From: Octopus bimaculoides
Lineage: Eukaryota
Assembly: GCF_001194135.2 (NCBI RefSeq)
Contig: NC_068997.1
Span: 49,876,639 to 49,940,638 of the forward strand
Length of the DNA stretch: 64,000 nucleotides
Direction: 5' to 3'
Position 1 is the first letter of the stretch. Each line of letters opens with the position of its first letter. The notes under the pieces were generated by a model. It was not told the origin of the DNA and did no database searches. It saw nothing but the letters and a program-made list of their open reading frames with translations. The position numbers were made by a program, and so were the translations under genes. Positions 59,301 to 64,000 of the stretch are shown in pieces.

Positions 59301-59879
59301 ACAAAGCAAAACAGGTAGCAATAAATTTTGAAGCAGATATGTCGTGGGTTGGATAGTCATTAAAGGAACAACACACGTTGGATCTCCCTTGTGCCGTGCT
59401 AACTTACTGGATCGTAATTGAAGCAACGAATGTTAGATTCTCTAAAAAAAACAGATGTGTTCACAATATATTTGTGTCGTACAGCGCAAGATTAAACGAG
59501 AGCTACATTCATCATATACAACCCAATTGAGAACCGTCCATAGAATAAATGAGATTCTACATCCATGGTATATATATATATATATATATATATATTGGCA
59601 TACCTCCGCAAGTGTACCCCTCCGATTGTGTTTCCTCATAACTATCAGAAAAATTGATATTTTTTTGTGAAATTTTCTACATTTACGCTTCAGATAGTGT
59701 AGATACCAATTATATCGAAATTTTATGTGAAAAACTTGTCTGAAGGGTGGGGAAAGGAATTATAGGAAATTCACCCAAGTTGACTTCGTTTCCTCGTAAC
59801 TTTCAGAATATTTGGTATTTTTTGATGAAGTTTTCTCCAAATACCTTCTCAATCTCTACAGTATGTACTGGCTTTAGAG

Positions 59880-61130
59880 CCACTGCTGCGAAAATTGGAG
59901 ACTTTGAGAGGCACCCTCGCGAACTACGACGTGGGAGAACCGTGTCGGTATACACTGACGATGTCACCATCATAGTGTCGAACACTAGGGGCAGAGACCT
60001 GGTTGGCACTACTCTAAAAGGTGACGAAGCGGTGATAGGAACAAAAATTAACCTAGAAAAGTCAGTAGGCCTGCAGCTCGGCACCTGATGAGGCAGGTCC
60101 ACGCCGTCCAATAACGTCGTGGGACGCTGGATGAAGGGACTGGTTAAATTGCTCGAGGTCTAGGTGGAAAAACTGAGACGAGGTAACAAGCAGGGTGACC
60201 AATCTCACCCAGAAATTGGCCGAGAGAAAGCTGAAAGGTCGAACAGAGGTGGCGAACGCTTACATCGCCTCCGTTATATATTATCGTTCGACCGTCGTGC
60301 NNNNNNNNNNCGTTCCACTTGTCAGGCGCTTCATTTGCTCCCAACACCCGCTGAGTAATTCTTCACAGTTAAGTTCCCTCTCCAAGAATTTCCAGTTACT
60401 TCTCCCAAAGACAATTAGATTTCACACTTCCTTCCAAGGTGTTACCCATCAACAACAACAAAACTTGAAGGGCCACACAACTGCCTTTGACTAAATATTT
60501 TTTTCAACAAAATGGATGCTTAGGCGACATCTCCAGCTCTTCCTTGGGGGTGAGCAGGTGTGGACACCGTTTGTCGGACACGATTTTCCACAGTTTGCCT
60601 TTTTGACTGAGTTGCAGACTTGGATCAAGCGTAGACCGAGGAAGGACGCGTGGCACCTAGAGTGTCATCAGGTGCACACAATCCTCTGTCAGTCGGGCAA
60701 TGCGATTGGTGGAAGTTCCGCTCTAGTGTTCTATAGAACGTTAGTGGAGGATAAGTGCGATGACGTTCTCGGGGAGATTTGGGTGTCGACGAGAATCAAG
60801 TGGTTTGTCTGTTCCGGAGGACTTTCGTGCCGGGGCCTATGGATAATTTCCAGAAATTATTATTATTATAATTTCACTGGAAAAAGATATAAGTATCTGC
60901 AAAGGGAAATCTTTCGCATCGAAGGTCGGCGATTGTCGTACGCTGAGGTCAGGTAAATACCTAGAAACTCGAGTCCGTGCGTATCGCAGATCAAGATGGC
61001 AAGGATGACTTCCCTTTGCAAATACAGACAGGACGCAGATGTGTGTCGATGGCCAGCTGGAGGAGATGTCCTCCTGGGGCTAAAAGCAACAGTAACATCC
61101 ACCCTTAGGGGTCNNNNNNNNNNCTGGGGC
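59880..61130 (+). mobile_element. L1/Tx1-clade LINE reverse transcriptase remnant
   Basis: VSVYTDDVTIIVS...GTKINLEKSVGLQLGT and LKGRTEVANAYIASVIYYR; frameshifted, with a SINE-tail duplicate inside. Confidence 0.72.
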
Positions 61131-61242
61131 TAAAAGCAACAGTAACATCCACCCTTAGGGGTCAGCCACATTTAAGTGGCAAATATACTTCACCTTGTCG
61201 TGCAGTTAACTGTTAATACCTCGTTCAGAGATTTAACGTTGT

Positions 61243-61273
<31 letters not shown>

Positions 61274-61654
61274 ATAGTCCATTTTTATAACGTGCTTTCA
61301 CTTCACTACCGAGCGCAGCTCTGTGCGCCTTGGGTATGTGATGTGGTTTGCTGTGGTGCTCTTATGGTTACTGTATTGAAAGTGTTTTGCGTAGGATGTG
61401 TGCAGTGCCCAGTAGTGCTATTTTCTGTATGTTATATATATTTGTTAATCCTGGTGTTTTTTGTTATGTATTTGTCTAAATATTCTTTTATCATATAGGA
61501 ATTGTTTGTTTTTAGACTCCACTTTCGAGTTACCTCTATTTCCAGGTCTTTGTATTTTGAAAGTTTCTCCATTTCTTTTAGAGAAACGTTGTCATCTGTT
61601 GGTATTGATACATCAATTAGAAAGTATTTTTTTCTTCATGATCTCTAACAACTA

Positions 61655-61711
<57 letters not shown>

Positions 61712-61929
61712 GTTCTTTCTATAGAATTTCATATATGTATTTTAGGTGGTTGAATATGCGGTAGGTCAAAAGTATAGCTGGCCGGAGAGGTATAGTAGGA
61801 GGGATTTGTTAATCATTAAAGTGCATATAATTGGTCATATTTGTTGAACCGGATGGGAGTGGATTTGAGTCAATAAGCATAGGATTTTTAGTTGTTCTTA
61901 CCACTGGGTTCTCACCCTCGAGGAATTTG

Positions 61930-63030
61930 GAGGAAGCAATGTGGTTGCGCCCAAAATCATCAAAGCTTTTGATCGTATCTGGTACGTACGTGAATCTCAA
62001 AGTTACTCGCCTATGGGTTATATCCATTTATTGTCTTTTGGATTGGTGCCTTCTGGTAACACTGAATTATCAAGGCCTGCGTTGACGGAGCTCTATCTGA
62101 CTCAGACTTTGGTGGGCCCCCAAGATTCAGTTTTGTCTCTCCCAATTTTTTTCAGACATCCATCAACGTCTTACTTGTCATCTTTAACAGCACCTCCTCT
62201 TACGTAGATTATATCACACTTCATTCCTCTCTACCCTTCCATACACAAATATTATATAGATGGCACCTAGACACCTCACATCAAATTTATATTGACTCCA
62301 TGAGCATAGACCTCGAAAACATCTCTACCAGTTGATTCATGTCAACATTGTCTAATTCAATAGCTAAAAACCCTTCAGAATTTCTGCCCCTGTCGTGAAT
62401 ATCCTTCTTTAAACACTATAAGTACTCAACTAGAGTCTTCGCAAATGCTTCAAATGTTATGTCTTACTAACGCCGAGGGTTTCGCTTGAGGAGCTCTTCT
62501 GAAGACCTCTACTTGCTGAACGTATCGAAAATTAGATCTCTTCGGAGCCAGAGAATAATATCTCACCCCAACAACAACTGACTCTCAACAAAACTTAGAG
62601 GGGACCAACATTTGTAGTACTGATCTTACATCCGGGACGATGCAGCAGGTGCACACACAGATACCACTTAAGTGATTGCCACGATGTACTTTTCATCTTT
62701 GGCCCATAGGTATACTTTTTTTCTTCTTTTTCTCGCTGCCTTTTCTTCCACTACTTCCACTACAATGGCATTTGCTCTTCGGAGCTTACTGGTCTCGAAA
62801 CTTCTCACTCGTCTCGCTTTCTTTCATCACCCATTTTTTATGTCCACCAGGTTCTGCGCTAACTACAACGATAAGGCTCTCTGAAATTTCTGTCCTGTAC
62901 AGTTTTCGCTTCAGCTGTCTTTTAAGCGGAACGTTAGCGACATCAATTTCTCATGCCCTGGAGTTCTACGGCAAGTTAAAAAAACGTAAATCTGATGTCT
63001 CTAACTTCTCGAACTCTTCCAACTATTAAG
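61930..63030 (+). mobile_element. CR1/Jockey-group LINE remnant
   Basis: VA..IIKAFDRIW (cf. xxDISKAFDRVW) and GPQDSVLS (cf. GVPQGSVL); heavily decayed. Confidence 0.55.
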
Positions 63031-63826
63031 TTATTATTATTCCACTTCTGTGAAACTGTTACAGTTATTTATTGTTGTTGTTGCTGTTGTGACTGTTGTT
63101 GTTATTGTTGCTGCTGCTGTCGTTACCTCACCTCCAACTCAATTCTGATCGAGTAAAGATCCTATGATCAAAAGAATTCTAGCCTTTTACACTTAATATA
63201 TCTTATGTGTCCTTTATTTTGTTAAAGAGAGTAGTGAGTGATATAGGGGCTATTTAGCTGCTACATCTAATATTTCAAGCACAGTATATTAAAAAAAAAT
63301 GTGTTCTTCATAGGATTCTTAGCAACTATTTTTAGCAGGTCGAGTAACCATTTAAGTGTTCTTAGCCGAATTATTCTTGATTGGAGAAGACCTACGATGA
63401 AAGACATTAAAATTTTCCAGCCGTGACGATCCCAATTTCTTAACTGACAGTGAACTGACTACAACATCGAATGTAGCTTTCCATTTTAAAATTGACTGGA
63501 TGAGATTTGAGGGATATTGTCCTGCTATTTCTTATAGTTCGAGCGACCACAGGGAGACTCCATCATTGGCTCATCTCTGACGTCATTATCCTTACTCCTT
63601 ACAAAACTCATAACCTCTTGTGTCACACATTCCTCTCCTATGAGCACCGTTAACATGCAAAATATGAAACATTTACCATCCTGAACTGCTTGGACCATCA
63701 GTATAATCACTTACGACACACCAATTCTTCAAACACTTTTGAGTTCGTTAAATTCAAATTAGGATGAAAGTAAACAAAGTTTGCTTTGGAAGCGTTGAGA
63801 TGTATTGAACGATATGGAAATAATTT

Positions 63827-64000
63827 TATTCTCAAGCGCAGGATAATGGTAATAATACAGCACGAACAGGATAAACTACCCGTATTTTGCGGAAAAATGT
63901 GGCTAGTTTATCCTGTTCATGCCGACACATGTTTCTGTAAAACATGGGTAGTTTATCCTGTTCATGCTATATTATTAGCATTATCCTGCGTTTGAGAATA
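63827..64000. repeat. Inverted-repeat element (~55-bp arms) with an internal extra copy of the arm motif
   Basis: TATTCTCAAGCGCAGGATAATG...GAACAGGATAAACTACCC / GGGTAGTTTATCCTGTTC...CATTATCCTGCGTTTGAGAATA. Confidence 0.8.

Noticed and set aside
61075-61165. Direct repeat CTGGGGCTAAAAGCAACAGTAACATCCACCCTTAGGGGTC on both sides of a 10-N gap
   Set aside because: Identical copies at contig ends point to an unmerged overlap, i.e. an assembly artefact.

Overview
Eukaryotic, AT-rich, microsatellite- and SINE-dense animal DNA from a gapped draft assembly with many N-runs. The repeat families and (TTAGGG)-like motifs fit a cephalopod, probably Octopus (inference, no search run). Three protein-coding loci are supported. 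(1) An intronless 914-aa ORF (15721-18465, +) is a head-to-tail fusion of two tubulin-specific chaperone E (TBCE) units: CAP-Gly-LRR-[truncated UBL]-CAP-Gly-LRR-UBL. (2) A second intronless, single-unit 492-aa TBCE copy lies on the minus strand (25599-27077), convergent with the first. (3) A spliced DEDDh RNA exonuclease gene of the REXO5/Rex1 family (29388-53526, +; 13 coding exons reconstructed by hand, two interrupted by gaps) sits head-to-head with the second TBCE copy. The rest is SINEs, MITEs and decayed mariner, maT, pogo, RTE, CR1 and Tx1 remnants. The TBCE cluster is the most unusual part. The fusion junction and the 5' leader of the first unit both resemble the start of the UBL domain, which suggests a concatemeric or circular origin. 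There is also a sharply bounded near-identical tract between the inverted copies, and one-sided CpG decay in the second unit.
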